A program made the position numbers and the translations under genes. Below the pieces are notes generated by a model, which ran no database searches, had not been told where the DNA came from, and was given only the letters and a program-made list of their open reading frames with translations. 46,197 nt of DNA, from contig JASGGP010000001.1 in the NCBI GenBank assembly GCA_047604985.1, positions 1 to 46,197 on the forward strand, given 5' to 3'. The stretch's first letter is position 1. The number at the start of each line of letters is the position of its first letter. This DNA comes from Lacrimispora sp. Lineage in GTDB: Bacteria; Bacillota; Clostridia; Lachnospirales; Lachnospiraceae. Shown here piece after piece: positions 1 through 9,905 of the stretch.

Positions 1-165
1 CCAATATGGCAGCTGAACCATACCCAGGCAATGTACCGGAACAGCCAGGCCTATCGCATAGAAAAGGCTCCCCTTTATTGGGAACGGGTGATCAATCTCC
101 CCTGCAGCACCAATCTTACCAAAGAAGATATGGATTATATTATAAAAGCGCTGAAAAGCTTATAG
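1..165 (+). CDS. 3' end of LegC/DegT-DnrJ family aminotransferase (partial, begins before window)
   Basis: Frame +1 reads PIWQLNH...RVINLPCSTNLTKEDMDYIIKALKSL*, a typical LegC-type C-terminus. Not the frame given in the ORF track. Context fits a nonulosonate cluster. Confidence 0.8.
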   Translation, partial: PIWQLNHTQAMYRNSQAYRIEKAPLYWERVINLPCSTNLTKEDMDYIIKALKSL

Positions 166-186
166 CAATTGGAAGGAAGGATAGGC

Positions 187-1233
187 ATGGACGTCAGTAA
201 ATTCTTTATTGCGCCGGATATACCTATTAGAGAGGCCATCAGGCAATTAGACCAGACAGCAAAGAAAATCCTTGTTGTCGTGGAGGATCATAAACTGATC
301 GGGGTCCTGACAGATGGAGATATCCGGCGGTGGATCTTAAAAAATAAAGACATTTCCCTGCCGGTCCATTTAATCATGAACCCCAACCCTGTTGTCATAA
401 AAATAGAGGAACGCCATCTGGCCCTGGAGATCATGAAAGAAAAACAGATCGAAGGACTACCTCTGATCAACGATAACAATGAGGTGACCGATATTCTGTT
501 CTGGAATGAGATCGGCAGCCGCGAACCGGACAGCGGGAAATACAACCGGACCCCCGTTGTCATTATGGCTGGAGGAAAGGGTTCCCGGTTATATCCCTAT
601 ACGAAAATCATCCCCAAGCCCCTTATTCCCGTGGGCGACATACCCATCGTGGAAAGAATCATGAATAAGATCATGGAATATGGATTTCATGAGTTCTACA
701 TTACAGTCAATTACAAAAAAGAGCTGATAAAGGCTTACTTTAACGGGGATTTCCCTTATGATCTCCACTTTATTGAAGAAGATAAGCCCCTGGGCACAGC
801 CGGTGCCTTAGGACTGGCAAAGGATTATATAAAAGGAAGCTTTTTTGTAAGCAACTGCGACATACTGGTGGATGTGAATTATACAAAGCTGCTGATTTAC
901 CACAAGACGCAGAAAAACAAGATAACTGTTGTCACAGCCTTAAAAAGCTATGAAATACCATATGGCGTAGTTACTCTGGATAAAAATGGAACCATTGGAG
1001 ACTTAAGCGAAAAACCCAGGTTTGAATTATTGGTCAATACGGGTTTATATGTATTAGAGAAAGAAATACTGGAGCATATCCCGGAAAACCAGTATTTTGA
1101 TATGACGGATTTAATCCGGAAATGCTTGAACAACGGGGAAAAAGTGGGGGCCTATCCTGTGATGGACAGCACCTGGCTGGATATGGGGGAATTCAGTGAA
1201 ATGAAGAAAATGGCAGAGAGAATGAAAATATGA
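187..1233 (+). CDS. CBS-domain nucleotidyltransferase (PtmE-like sugar-1-phosphate guanylyltransferase)
   Basis: N-terminal CBS pair (GVLTDGDIRR), then MAGGKGSRL, PKPL and LGTAG motifs. ATG at 187 follows a GGAAGGA RBS. Confidence 0.88.
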   Translation: MDVSKFFIAPDIPIREAIRQLDQTAKKILVVVEDHKLIGVLTDGDIRRWILKNKDISLPVHLIMNPNPVVIKIEERHLALEIMKEKQIEGLPLINDNNEVTDILFWNEIGSREPDSGKYNRTPVVIMAGGKGSRLYPYTKIIPKPLIPVGDIPIVERIMNKIMEYGFHEFYITVNYKKELIKAYFNGDFPYDLHFIEEDKPLGTAGALGLAKDYIKGSFFVSNCDILVDVNYTKLLIYHKTQKNKITVVTALKSYEIPYGVVTLDKNGTIGDLSEKPRFELLVNTGLYVLEKEILEHIPENQYFDMTDLIRKCLNNGEKVGAYPVMDSTWLDMGEFSEMKKMAERMKI

Positions 1234-1877
1234 AAAAGGAAGTCATTCTTATTGGCGGCGGCGGACATGCAGAAAGCATCATAGATTCCATTCACACACT
1301 GGAAGAATACGAGATCATCGGTATTCTGGATAATTATAAAAAGACCGGTGAAACAGTCCTGGGGATAAAAATAATAGGAACTGACATGGATTTAGAAGAG
1401 CTCTGTCAAAAAGGGCTTAAATATGCGATCATTGCCATAGGCAGCATAGGAAACACAGAGACCAGACGAGGGATATATGAGCTCTGCAAAAGAACCGGAT
1501 ATGAGCTGCCTAATATTATAGATAAAAGCTCCATCGTATCCCAGACCGTACACATGGGGAATGGGAACTTTATAGGGAAAGGGGCTGTTATTAATTCCGG
1601 GGCTGTCATCGGCAATGGCTGCATCATTAACACAGGGGCCATCATCGAGCACGGCTGCACCATCGGAGACTTTGCACATATAGCCCCTGGAAGCGTTCTG
1701 TGCGGAAACGTCTCCATACAGGAAAACGCACACATCGGCGCCCATTCCACCATCATACAAAACGTAACCATCGGATATGACACCATAATAGGGGCCGGAA
1801 GCCTGGTCCTGAAAAATATAGCGCCAAGGCAGCTGGCTTATGGAAGCCCTGCAAAGGAGGTTCGTTCCCATGAATAA
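1230..1877 (+). CDS. neuD: NeuD/PglD-family sugar acetyltransferase (hexapeptide repeat)
   Basis: IGGGGHA N-terminus, hexapeptide repeats, IIEH and YGSPAK motifs. ATGA overlap with the upstream gene. Confidence 0.85.
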   Translation: MKKEVILIGGGGHAESIIDSIHTLEEYEIIGILDNYKKTGETVLGIKIIGTDMDLEELCQKGLKYAIIAIGSIGNTETRRGIYELCKRTGYELPNIIDKSSIVSQTVHMGNGNFIGKGAVINSGAVIGNGCIINTGAIIEHGCTIGDFAHIAPGSVLCGNVSIQENAHIGAHSTIIQNVTIGYDTIIGAGSLVLKNIAPRQLAYGSPAKEVRSHE

Positions 1878-2863
1878 CATTATGATCATTGCCGAGGCAG
1901 GGGTCAATCATAACGGAGACATCAATACTGCCAAACAGCTCATTGATGCCGCCTGGGCCGCAGGAGCAGATGCGATCAAATTCCAGACCTTCAAAGCAGA
2001 GCGCCTGGCAGTTCCTGATGCCCGAAAGGCAGAGTATCAAATCCACAACACCGGCCGGTCTCTTTCGCAATTTGAGATGCTGAAAGAACTGGATATCCTG
2101 GAAAGACTTTGAAGAGCTTTATAACTACTGCTCTGCAAAAAATATCCGGTTCCTCTCCTCTCCCTTTGATGAAGAAAGCGCGGATTTTTTAGATCAGCTT
2201 GGCGTTGAAATCATAAAGATTCCCTCCGGAGAAATTACCAATTATCTGTATTTAAAGAAAATAGCCTCTTTAAAAAAACCTGTTATTTTATCTACCGGAA
2301 TGGCAACTGTGGAAGAAATTGACCAGGCACTGGACCTCTTAAATGAAAGCGGCCGGGAAATCATACTGCTTCACTGTTCCAGCGCCTATCCTACCCCCAT
2401 GAGGGATGTCAATTTAAGGGCAATGAATACATTAAACAAGATTTTTCATAAAAGGGTTGGTTACTCGGACCATACTATGGGAATCGAAGTTGCCACTGCC
2501 GCTGCCGCTCTCGGTGCCTGCGTGATAGAAAAGCACATGACCCTGGATAAAGCCATGGCCGGGCCGGATCATAAGGCAAGCCTTGAACCAGACGAATTCA
2601 GGCGTTTGGTGCATGCCGTCAGAAATATCGAAGAGGCCCTGGGCAGCGGAGTGAAAGAACCGACGGAAAGCGAATTGAAAAACAGGGACTGTGTCAGAAA
2701 ATATCTGGTGGCAGCAAAGGAAATTAAAAAAGGAGAGGTCTTTACACTGGATAATCTCTGCGCAAAGCGCTGCGGATACGGCCTCTCTCCCATGAAGCTC
2801 AATGATATGGTGGGAAAGGCGGCGAAAAAGGACTATTTAAAGGATGAAAGGATTGGGGAATGA
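1870..2863 (+). pseudogene. neuB: NeuB/LegI nonulosonic acid synthase, frameshifted near 2094 (real lesion or sequencing error)
   Basis: IIAEAGVNHNG and ADAIKFQTF in frame 1. It continues in frame 2 as SWKDFEEL...SSPFDEES...KIPSGEITN...ILSTGMAT into ORF 2300-2863 (LLHCSSAYP, GYSDHT, VIEKH, GPDHKASL, SAF domain). Confidence 0.85.
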
Positions 2864-4023
2864 TAAAATTATGTGTGGTAACCGGCAGCAGGGCAGAATA
2901 TGGCCTGTTAAAGCCTGTCATAAGACGGATAAAAGAGGATCCGGAGCTTCAGCTTCAGCTGATTGCCACCGGAATCCATCTGGATACCCGGTATGGACTT
3001 GACTGCGGGGAAATCGAAGAAGACGGAATTGAAATTGATGTAAAAATTGAAATGAACCTGGCCTCAGACAGCTCCACCGGAATCTGTAAATCAATGGGAT
3101 TGGAAATGATCAGCCTTTCGGAAGCCTATGAAAGGTTAAAACCGGATATGGTGCTGCTTCTTGGAGACCGCTATGAAACCTTTATGGCTGCAAGCGCCGC
3201 CGTCATCTATGGCATCCCCATCGCCCATATCCACGGCGGTGAAATAACCCGTGGCTCCTGGGATGAACGCATAAGACATGCGGTCACCAAAATGAGCGAC
3301 CTTCATTTTACCAGTACAGAATCATACCGCAGAAGGGTCATCCAACTGGGTGAAAATCCGGAAAGAGTCCATCATGTAGGTGCTTTGGGAATTGAAAATA
3401 TGAAAGCCCTCCGCTTATTGACAAAATCGGAACTGGAAAACGAATTAGGGATCCCCCTGTCCTCTCCCACCGCCCTTATCACATACCATCCTGCCACCTC
3501 AGACCATAACAGCATCACAGCCCAACTGGATCCCTTGCTGAAAGCCCTGGATTCTTTCCCTGATTTATTTGCCGTCTTTACAAAGAGCAATTCGGATAAA
3601 GGGGGAAACAAAATAAATGAAATGATAGAGAATTATGCAGGCAAAAATCCGGAAAGATCTGCTGTATTCTCATCCCTTGGATCACTCCGCTATTTAAGCC
3701 TGATGAGCCACTGTCAGATTGTCATAGGAAATTCATCAAGCGGGATTATGGAGGCGCCTTATTTAAATATCCCCTCCGTTGACATCGGAAGCAGACAGGA
3801 AGGAAGAATAAAGCCGCCTTCCGTCATAAGCTGCGGCTATTCCATAAAGGACATCGCAGACGCCATAGAAACAGCGCGGAAATACGACCGGAAAAAGGAC
3901 GATTCTCCAAATCCTTACGAAGGCCGGGATACCAGCAGAGAGATCGTTTCCATTATAAAACAGACATTGATTAAGGGAATTTCTCTGGAAAAAAGCTTTT
4001 ATGATATTGATTGGAGCCTGTGA
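2860..4023 (+). CDS. neuC: Hydrolysing (U/G)DP-N-acetylhexosamine 2-epimerase NeuC/LegG
   Basis: VTGSRAEYG, LLGDRYE, HIHGGE, IRHAVTK and GNSSSG motifs. Confidence 0.92.
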   Translation: MIKLCVVTGSRAEYGLLKPVIRRIKEDPELQLQLIATGIHLDTRYGLDCGEIEEDGIEIDVKIEMNLASDSSTGICKSMGLEMISLSEAYERLKPDMVLLLGDRYETFMAASAAVIYGIPIAHIHGGEITRGSWDERIRHAVTKMSDLHFTSTESYRRRVIQLGENPERVHHVGALGIENMKALRLLTKSELENELGIPLSSPTALITYHPATSDHNSITAQLDPLLKALDSFPDLFAVFTKSNSDKGGNKINEMIENYAGKNPERSAVFSSLGSLRYLSLMSHCQIVIGNSSSGIMEAPYLNIPSVDIGSRQEGRIKPPSVISCGYSIKDIADAIETARKYDRKKDDSPNPYEGRDTSREIVSIIKQTLIKGISLEKSFYDIDWSL

Positions 4024-4727
4024 TGTATAAGAACAAAACTTTTTTAGCAGTCATACCTGCCCGAAGCGGCTCAAAAGGAATTAAAGATAAAAATATAAGA
4101 GAATTAAACCACAAGCCTCTCATGGCGTATACCATTGAAGCCTGTTTGAAATCCGGACTGTTTGATGAGATCATTGTTTCAACCGACTCGGCAGCATACG
4201 GAGAAATCGCAGAAAAATACGGGGCCAGTGTGCCGTTTTTCAGGCCAAAGGAGCTGGCTTCCGATCAGGCCGCCACAAATGATGTCATTTTCCATGTGAT
4301 CTCAGAGCTGAGGCAATTGGGAAAAACCTTTGATTACTTCATGCTCCTGCAGCCAACCTCCCCTCTCAGAACGGAAAGGCATATAATGGAAAGTGCCCAT
4401 CTTATTTTAGGAAATCACGGTGACGCTGTCATCGGCGTATGCAGGGCAGAATCCGTCTCCTATTTAAACGTTCAGTTAACCGAAACAGGAGAAATAAAGG
4501 TGGGGTTTCCGGATAAAAGGCAGGTCAGAAGACAGGACCAGCCGCCGGAATACAGGATCAACGGAGCTGTTTACCTGGCTTCTACGGATTATTTTCTCAG
4601 ACACGGAAGCTTTTATGAAGGCAGAGCCCTTCCCTACTTCATGAATGCTTTTGATTCCGTTGACATCGATGATGAATTTCAGCTAAAAATCGCAGAGCTG
4701 CTTTTGCAGGATAAGGAAAAGGAATAA
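4023..4727 (+). CDS. neuA: CMP-nonulosonate synthetase NeuA/LegF
   Basis: IPARSGSKGIKDKN, LLQPTSPLR, NGAVY and SVDIDD motifs. TGATG coupling to neuC. Confidence 0.92.
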   Translation: MYKNKTFLAVIPARSGSKGIKDKNIRELNHKPLMAYTIEACLKSGLFDEIIVSTDSAAYGEIAEKYGASVPFFRPKELASDQAATNDVIFHVISELRQLGKTFDYFMLLQPTSPLRTERHIMESAHLILGNHGDAVIGVCRAESVSYLNVQLTETGEIKVGFPDKRQVRRQDQPPEYRINGAVYLASTDYFLRHGSFYEGRALPYFMNAFDSVDIDDEFQLKIAELLLQDKEKE

Positions 4728-4749
4728 AGCCAGGCTTTATTCCTTTTCC
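4715..4749. terminator. Perfect 16-bp hairpin between convergent genes (probable bidirectional terminator)
   Basis: GGAAAAGGAATAAAGC-cag-GCTTTATTCCTTTTCC overlapping the neuA stop codon. Confidence 0.75.
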
Positions 4750-4775
4750 ATTCATTTGACATATAGACTGCTGTT

Positions 4776-5927
4776 TTATATACTTTTTTCCGTTATGAGT
4801 CCCAGGGCCAGCCGGGTGCATGTTTCCAGCTCCTCTGCCGTTGTAAACTCCTTTGTGGTATGGACTTCATTCATTCCGCAGGCCACAACGATTCCCCGGA
4901 TTCCGTTCCGGACATAATGGTTGTTGTCGCTGCCCCCCAGGGTATACTGGGTTTCGCCTTTTAAGCCCAGAGAAGCGCAGGCTTTCTGAAACCGTTTTAC
5001 AACCGTTTCATCCTCTCCTATTTCATAGGCTTCAATCTGCTTTTCAAACGCGATCTCACAGCCGCCCTTCCGGCCGGCCGCCGTCTCTTCAAAGATCTTT
5101 TTCACCCGGTCCCATTCCTCCATGGCCCGGTTATCCTTTAAGCTTCGGATCTCTCCCCAGACAATGCACTGATCGGAGACAATATTGCTTTGTTTTCCTC
5201 CGGTGATTTTCCCGATATTTACGGTGGTTTCCTCATCGACCCAGCCCTGCTTTAATCCGGCTATGGCATGAGCCGCGATCTCAATGGCATTGATTCCAAG
5301 GTGGGGACAAAAGCCCGCATGGGCGTTTTTGCCCTTTACCCTGATCTCAAAGGAAAGAAGAGTGGGCGCTGCCGTGGCCGCCAGGCCGATCTCCCCGCCC
5401 AGATCAAAGACGTAGGCCAGTTTGGATTTTATCCTGGAATAGTCCGCAAGCTGGCTTCCTTTTCCGTAATTCTCTTCTGCCACAGGAAAGAGGACCTCAA
5501 TATCCGGATAGGGGATATTATTTTCCTGGATCACCCGGACCGCTTCCAATATGGCGGCGATTCCTGATAAATCGTCGGCTCCAAGAACCGTTTCCCCTTC
5601 CGATGTGATCCGTCCATTTTCATCCTCTACGGCCCGTTTTCCGATTCCCGGCCTTACAGTATCCATGTGGGCGGATAATAAAATGGGCTCAGAATTTGTA
5701 TTTCCCTTTAAATAGCCGTATAAGTTTCCTGTGGGAACCCCATTTCCGTATTCCGGAATTTTCTCCTTTAACCGGATGCCGGCATCGTCCTCCCACACCT
5801 CAAAGCCCAATTCCTTTAATTCGGCAGTCAGATAGTCTGCGATTTCCCGCTCATGGTAGGTTTCGGAATCAAATTCCACCATCCTCTTAAATTGGCTCAC
5901 AAGCCTTGCCTTGTTAATTCTCGTCAT
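4776..5927 (-). CDS. M20 family peptidase-T-like metallopeptidase
   Basis: SAHMDTV, LGADD, VAEE, AHAG, GGSD and VHTTKE motifs. Start overlaps the upstream GST stop. Confidence 0.9.
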   Translation of the reverse strand: MTRINKARLVSQFKRMVEFDSETYHEREIADYLTAELKELGFEVWEDDAGIRLKEKIPEYGNGVPTGNLYGYLKGNTNSEPILLSAHMDTVRPGIGKRAVEDENGRITSEGETVLGADDLSGIAAILEAVRVIQENNIPYPDIEVLFPVAEENYGKGSQLADYSRIKSKLAYVFDLGGEIGLAATAAPTLLSFEIRVKGKNAHAGFCPHLGINAIEIAAHAIAGLKQGWVDEETTVNIGKITGGKQSNIVSDQCIVWGEIRSLKDNRAMEEWDRVKKIFEETAAGRKGGCEIAFEKQIEAYEIGEDETVVKRFQKACASLGLKGETQYTLGGSDNNHYVRNGIRGIVVACGMNEVHTTKEFTTAEELETCTRLALGLITEKSI

Positions 5928-6933
5928 ATCTTTTAAATTTCTCCTCCGGCGTTTTGCTTAAGTTCTTCCGGTTCTGCGGAGCGGACCAGATCCCTTCGTA
6001 ATCGATCTGACTTACGAAACGGGAATTGAAATCCTGGAAAAATGCCTTGTTCTCCGACTGGGGAGCCGCAATATCCCGGAAATATGTGTTGTTGCGGAAA
6101 GCGGGTATTACATATAAATCCCTGCAATATCCCCATATGTTCTCATAATCCACGACCCGGTGCTTAATGGGACCTAAATTCCGGTAATAATGGGTGTCAA
6201 ACCGGGCAAGGGTCACAAAAAGCCTTACATCGCTGTCCGTCACATAATCCCCGAATAAAAAGCGGTTTTTGGAAAGCCGTTCCTCAATCTGGTCCAGAGC
6301 ATTGTAGAAATCTTCAAATGCTTCCTCATAGGCTGTGATGGACTGGGCGAACATCATCCGGTAGGTTCCGTTGTTCACATTTGGGAAGAGCCAGTCGTTG
6401 TAAGCATCAATTTCTTTTCTTAACTCCGCCGGGTATAAATGGGGAGCATCCGGTGCCTGAAATGGGCGGAACGCTGTTTCGAAATAATTGGTCAGCCTGT
6501 GGTAATCATTGTTGACCACCTTTTTTGTGGTAACGTCCACAAGGGCCGGTACGGTACAGCGCCCTTCATAGGCCGGGTCTGCATTGTAGTAAAACTCGCT
6601 TAAAAAGGAAGCTCCAAGAACCGGGTCCTTTCTGTCCTCATTATACACGAATTCCCAGCCATATGCACGGTTTTCTTTGCTGTGGCCCACTAAATTAATG
6701 CTGATGGCGTCCTCAAGCCCTAAGAGCTCCCGCACAATGGAAGCCCGGTTGGACCAGTGGCAGCCCTTTGCCCAGAATAGACGGTATCTGCCCTTTTCTG
6801 CCTTCAGATCATTTTCCCCGTCACCAAAAGGGGTGGTAAAGCGGTTTGGCTGGCGGATAAATGCTCCGTGCTCATCGATTTCCTTTTCTATCTCCTTGGG
6901 ACGCAATTTTGTCCCTATGCTGCAGCTTGACAT
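5914..6933 (-). CDS. Xi-class GST / glutathionyl-hydroquinone reductase-like protein, paralogue 4 (CHWS)
   Basis: GRYRL..CHWS, GRCTVPALVD, VNNGTY and DVRLFVTLARFD motifs (YqjG/ECM4 family). Confidence 0.88.
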   Translation of the reverse strand: MSSCSIGTKLRPKEIEKEIDEHGAFIRQPNRFTTPFGDGENDLKAEKGRYRLFWAKGCHWSNRASIVRELLGLEDAISINLVGHSKENRAYGWEFVYNEDRKDPVLGASFLSEFYYNADPAYEGRCTVPALVDVTTKKVVNNDYHRLTNYFETAFRPFQAPDAPHLYPAELRKEIDAYNDWLFPNVNNGTYRMMFAQSITAYEEAFEDFYNALDQIEERLSKNRFLFGDYVTDSDVRLFVTLARFDTHYYRNLGPIKHRVVDYENIWGYCRDLYVIPAFRNNTYFRDIAAPQSENKAFFQDFNSRFVSQIDYEGIWSAPQNRKNLSKTPEEKFKRYDEN

Positions 6934-6945
6934 ATTCCCATCCTC

Positions 6946-7395
6946 CTATTCATTTAAAATCTTTTCCGTATAGATAATCTTAAAAATTCCGGCATCCGTC
7001 TTTCTGTCATAATCCGCCTTATAGCCCAGGGCCTCATAAAAGCCTACGGCCTCATCCCGGCTGGTGATACATATTTTTTTAATCCCGTATTCCCGGATCC
7101 ATTTTTCTGCCTCTTCAATCAGCAGCCTGCCCACACCCTTTTTCCTGTATTCCTCAAGAACGCTTACTCTCTCGATCTTGGCGGACAATTCCTTGTCGGA
7201 AAAATGTATCCGGCAGGTCCCTATGGGATAAATCCCGTCAAGGGCCAGTACATAAAGGGTCTGACTTGTATCCCCCTCATCAAATTCCCTGTCTAAGGGA
7301 ACTGAAAAGCCTTTTACCATCGCTTCTGTCCTTACGTAATGGACACCTGCCAGCTGCCAGTTTTCCCTTACCCTTACCGCTTCCATTTCCGTCAC
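6946..7395 (-). CDS. GNAT acetyltransferase (YjcF/ElaA-like)
   Basis: AKIERVSVLEEYRKKGVGRLL acetyl-CoA motif and AVGFYEALGY. GTG start after an AGGAA RBS. Confidence 0.85.
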   Translation of the reverse strand: MTEMEAVRVRENWQLAGVHYVRTEAMVKGFSVPLDREFDEGDTSQTLYVLALDGIYPIGTCRIHFSDKELSAKIERVSVLEEYRKKGVGRLLIEEAEKWIREYGIKKICITSRDEAVGFYEALGYKADYDRKTDAGIFKIIYTEKILNE

Positions 7396-7400
7396 TTCCT

Positions 7401-8357
7401 TTATTTAGAATTAAGTCTTTCCCGTCCGTGGGGTGATTTCCAGATGGAAAGATCAGGCCCCAGGGGCACGATGCCGAAAGGATTATTGGAAACCGCACAT
7501 AAATGATAATGCTTTTTGATGGCCTCAAAATCCGTTGTATCGCCAAATCCGGGCTTCTCATGTAAGTCTCTCACATAACCCCAGAGATTGGGGAATTCAC
7601 AAATCCGGTTCCGGTTTAAAAGAAAGCCGTTGTAATAGGCTGCGTCAAACCGGACCAGGGTCACATAGAGCCGGATGTCGGATTCCGTGATTCTGTCTCC
7701 GAAGAGATAGCGGCTGCGGCTTAACCGTTCCTCCAGCCAGTCAAGGCGGTGAAACACCTGCCGGTACGCCTCTTCATAAGCGTCCTGGCTTCTGGCAAAG
7801 CCTGCCTTATAGACTCCGTTATTGATTTCATCAAATAATATATCATTCAATTCATCGATTTCTTTCCGTAAATCCTCAGGATATAGATCCGGGGCTCCCG
7901 GCTTATGGTATTTTTTCCACTCCACCTCCCAGTATCTGGTCAGGTTGAAGTAATCGTTATTCACCACTTTTCCCGTGGTTAAGTCAACCACGGCAGGTAC
8001 GGTAAAACGGCCCTTATAATCGGGATCGGCTTTTAAATAGGCCTCGCTTAAGTACTTGATCTTTAACACCGGGTCCTCCTGGTTTTCGTCCAGGGTAAAG
8101 GCCCAGTCTGTTCTTCCCACCTCAGGTCTTATAGGGTCCAGGGTTCCCAGGCTGATGACCTTATCAAGGCCCAGCAGGCTTCTTACAATGACGGACCGAT
8201 GGGCCCATGGGCAGGCCTGAGACCAAACCAGGCGGTACCGGTCCGCTTCTACGGGCAGCTGCCCTTCTTCTATACCAAAGGGCGTTGTAAACCGGTTTTT
8301 CTGCCGTTTAAACTTCCCGTCTTTTTCTACTTCATCGGTTATGAATTTTTTTGACAT
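7401..8357 (-). CDS. Xi-class GST / glutathionyl-hydroquinone reductase-like protein, paralogue 3 (CPWA)
   Basis: ACPWAHR, GRFTVPAVVD, INNGVYKAGFA, DIRLYVTLVRFD, IKKHY and NPFGIVPLGP motifs. Confidence 0.92.
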   Translation of the reverse strand: MSKKFITDEVEKDGKFKRQKNRFTTPFGIEEGQLPVEADRYRLVWSQACPWAHRSVIVRSLLGLDKVISLGTLDPIRPEVGRTDWAFTLDENQEDPVLKIKYLSEAYLKADPDYKGRFTVPAVVDLTTGKVVNNDYFNLTRYWEVEWKKYHKPGAPDLYPEDLRKEIDELNDILFDEINNGVYKAGFARSQDAYEEAYRQVFHRLDWLEERLSRSRYLFGDRITESDIRLYVTLVRFDAAYYNGFLLNRNRICEFPNLWGYVRDLHEKPGFGDTTDFEAIKKHYHLCAVSNNPFGIVPLGPDLSIWKSPHGRERLNSK

Positions 8358-8388
8358 TCTCTTTCCTCATCACTTTCCTACACTGTTT

Positions 8389-8877
8389 TCAGCGCTTCAT
8401 ATCCTCTCTTCCATATTCTTCCTCAAAACGGTATTTCTCCGGCAGCAGAAAGCCTTCCCTGTCCATCCAGTTTAAGCTTTCCTCTGACCCGCTGAACTTA
8501 CACATGGCTGTCTTGCTCCTGCGAAATCCCATTTTCTCATACAGGGAAACCGTTCTTGGATGGGTGTAGAGGATCACGTTCTGGCCTTTCAGCTGGTCCA
8601 GCAGCCCCATAATCAGCTTTCTTCCGATTCCAATGCCCTGGTACTCCTCGTCAAGGGCTATGTTATAAATGGCTGCCTGACAGACTCCGTCAGATATTGC
8701 TCTGCCAACGCCCACAATTGCATTCTCATGGTAAACAAATACTACGGCATAGCTGTTTTTAAAAATAGTCTCCTGATCCTCCGGAGACCGGTCTGAAAGC
8801 CCTGACCGGCGCAGTACACCGGCCACCTCCTGCCAATTGATCTCTTCCTTTGTTATTTTATAGGTAATATCATTCAT
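8389..8877 (-). CDS. GNAT acetyltransferase
   Basis: VGVGRAISDG, EEYQGIGIGRKL and LYEKMGF motifs. Confidence 0.87.
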   Translation of the reverse strand: MNDITYKITKEEINWQEVAGVLRRSGLSDRSPEDQETIFKNSYAVVFVYHENAIVGVGRAISDGVCQAAIYNIALDEEYQGIGIGRKLIMGLLDQLKGQNVILYTHPRTVSLYEKMGFRRSKTAMCKFSGSEESLNWMDREGFLLPEKYRFEEEYGREDMKR

Positions 8878-9892
8878 GGAAATCCTCCCGGATCTTAAAC
8901 TTTTTCTCCGGATCCCGGCTTAAGGTTTCCCGGCCTGCCGGAGTCTCCCATACGCTGACATCAGGCCCTTTGGCAACGATGGAATATACATTTCCCCAAA
9001 GAGGCTTTAAATGAGGCGACAGCTGATAATGCTTTTTGTAAATATCAAAACAGGTACTTTCTTTAATCTCCGGCACATGATATAAATCTCTGGCATAAGG
9101 CCATAAGTTCTTATATTCCCTCAATCTCTTTTTATTCGCATGAAATACCTGATTGTAAACCACATCAAATCTTGCCAGGGTGGGATACAGCCTGATATCG
9201 GAATCGGTAATATAATCTCCGAATAAAAATCTTCTGTTTTCCAGTCTCCTATCTAATATTTCCATTGCTTCAAAAAATGCTTCATAGGCTTTTTCATAGG
9301 CTTCCTGGGACCTGGAAAAACCGACATCATAAACACCGTTGTTGATCCTGTGAAAAATAAAATGGTTCAGCTCATCAATTTCTTCCCGAAGCTCAGCCGG
9401 ATAAAGGTCCGGCGCTCCCTTTTTATGAAATGGCTTCCATGATGTCTCAAAGTAAATGGGGAGCCAGAAATGGTCATTGTTGACGCCTTTCCCTGTGATT
9501 GTATCCGCAAGTATGGGAACCGTAGGCCTTTCCCGGTAGTCTCCGTCAGGAGCATCCCGGTCGTAAAGCTCTTTTAAGTAGTGGATTCCCAGAACAGGAT
9601 CCTTCTCGCCTGGGTCCTCTGTAAATACCCAGCCCTTGGGGTCCCGGAAAATTCCGGTTGCTCCAAGGCTGATAACCTTATGAAGCCCCAGAAGCTTTCT
9701 GACTATGACAACCTTATGTGCATGAGGGCAGGCCGGCATCCAGAGGAGCCGGTAGCGGCCCGCTTCAACCGGCCACTCTCCTTCTCCTCTTCCGAATTTC
9801 TTCTTAAAGAAATTATCCTGTATCTTTATCTTACCATCAGCCTGAATCTGGTGACGAAATGTATTTTCAAATACCTCAATTCTTTCAGCCAT
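8870..9892 (-). CDS. Xi-class GST / glutathionyl-hydroquinone reductase-like protein, paralogue 2 (CPHA)
   Basis: WPVEAGRYRL..ACPHAH, RPTVP, INNGVY and DIRLYPTLARFD motifs. Confidence 0.9.
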   Translation of the reverse strand: MAERIEVFENTFRHQIQADGKIKIQDNFFKKKFGRGEGEWPVEAGRYRLLWMPACPHAHKVVIVRKLLGLHKVISLGATGIFRDPKGWVFTEDPGEKDPVLGIHYLKELYDRDAPDGDYRERPTVPILADTITGKGVNNDHFWLPIYFETSWKPFHKKGAPDLYPAELREEIDELNHFIFHRINNGVYDVGFSRSQEAYEKAYEAFFEAMEILDRRLENRRFLFGDYITDSDIRLYPTLARFDVVYNQVFHANKKRLREYKNLWPYARDLYHVPEIKESTCFDIYKKHYQLSPHLKPLWGNVYSIVAKGPDVSVWETPAGRETLSRDPEKKFKIREDFHE

Positions 9893-9905
9893 GCCGCTTT
9901 CCTCC

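Noticed and set aside
6-200. 64-aa ORF from the track
   Set aside because: Wrong frame. Frame +1 (1-165) encodes the aminotransferase C-terminus.
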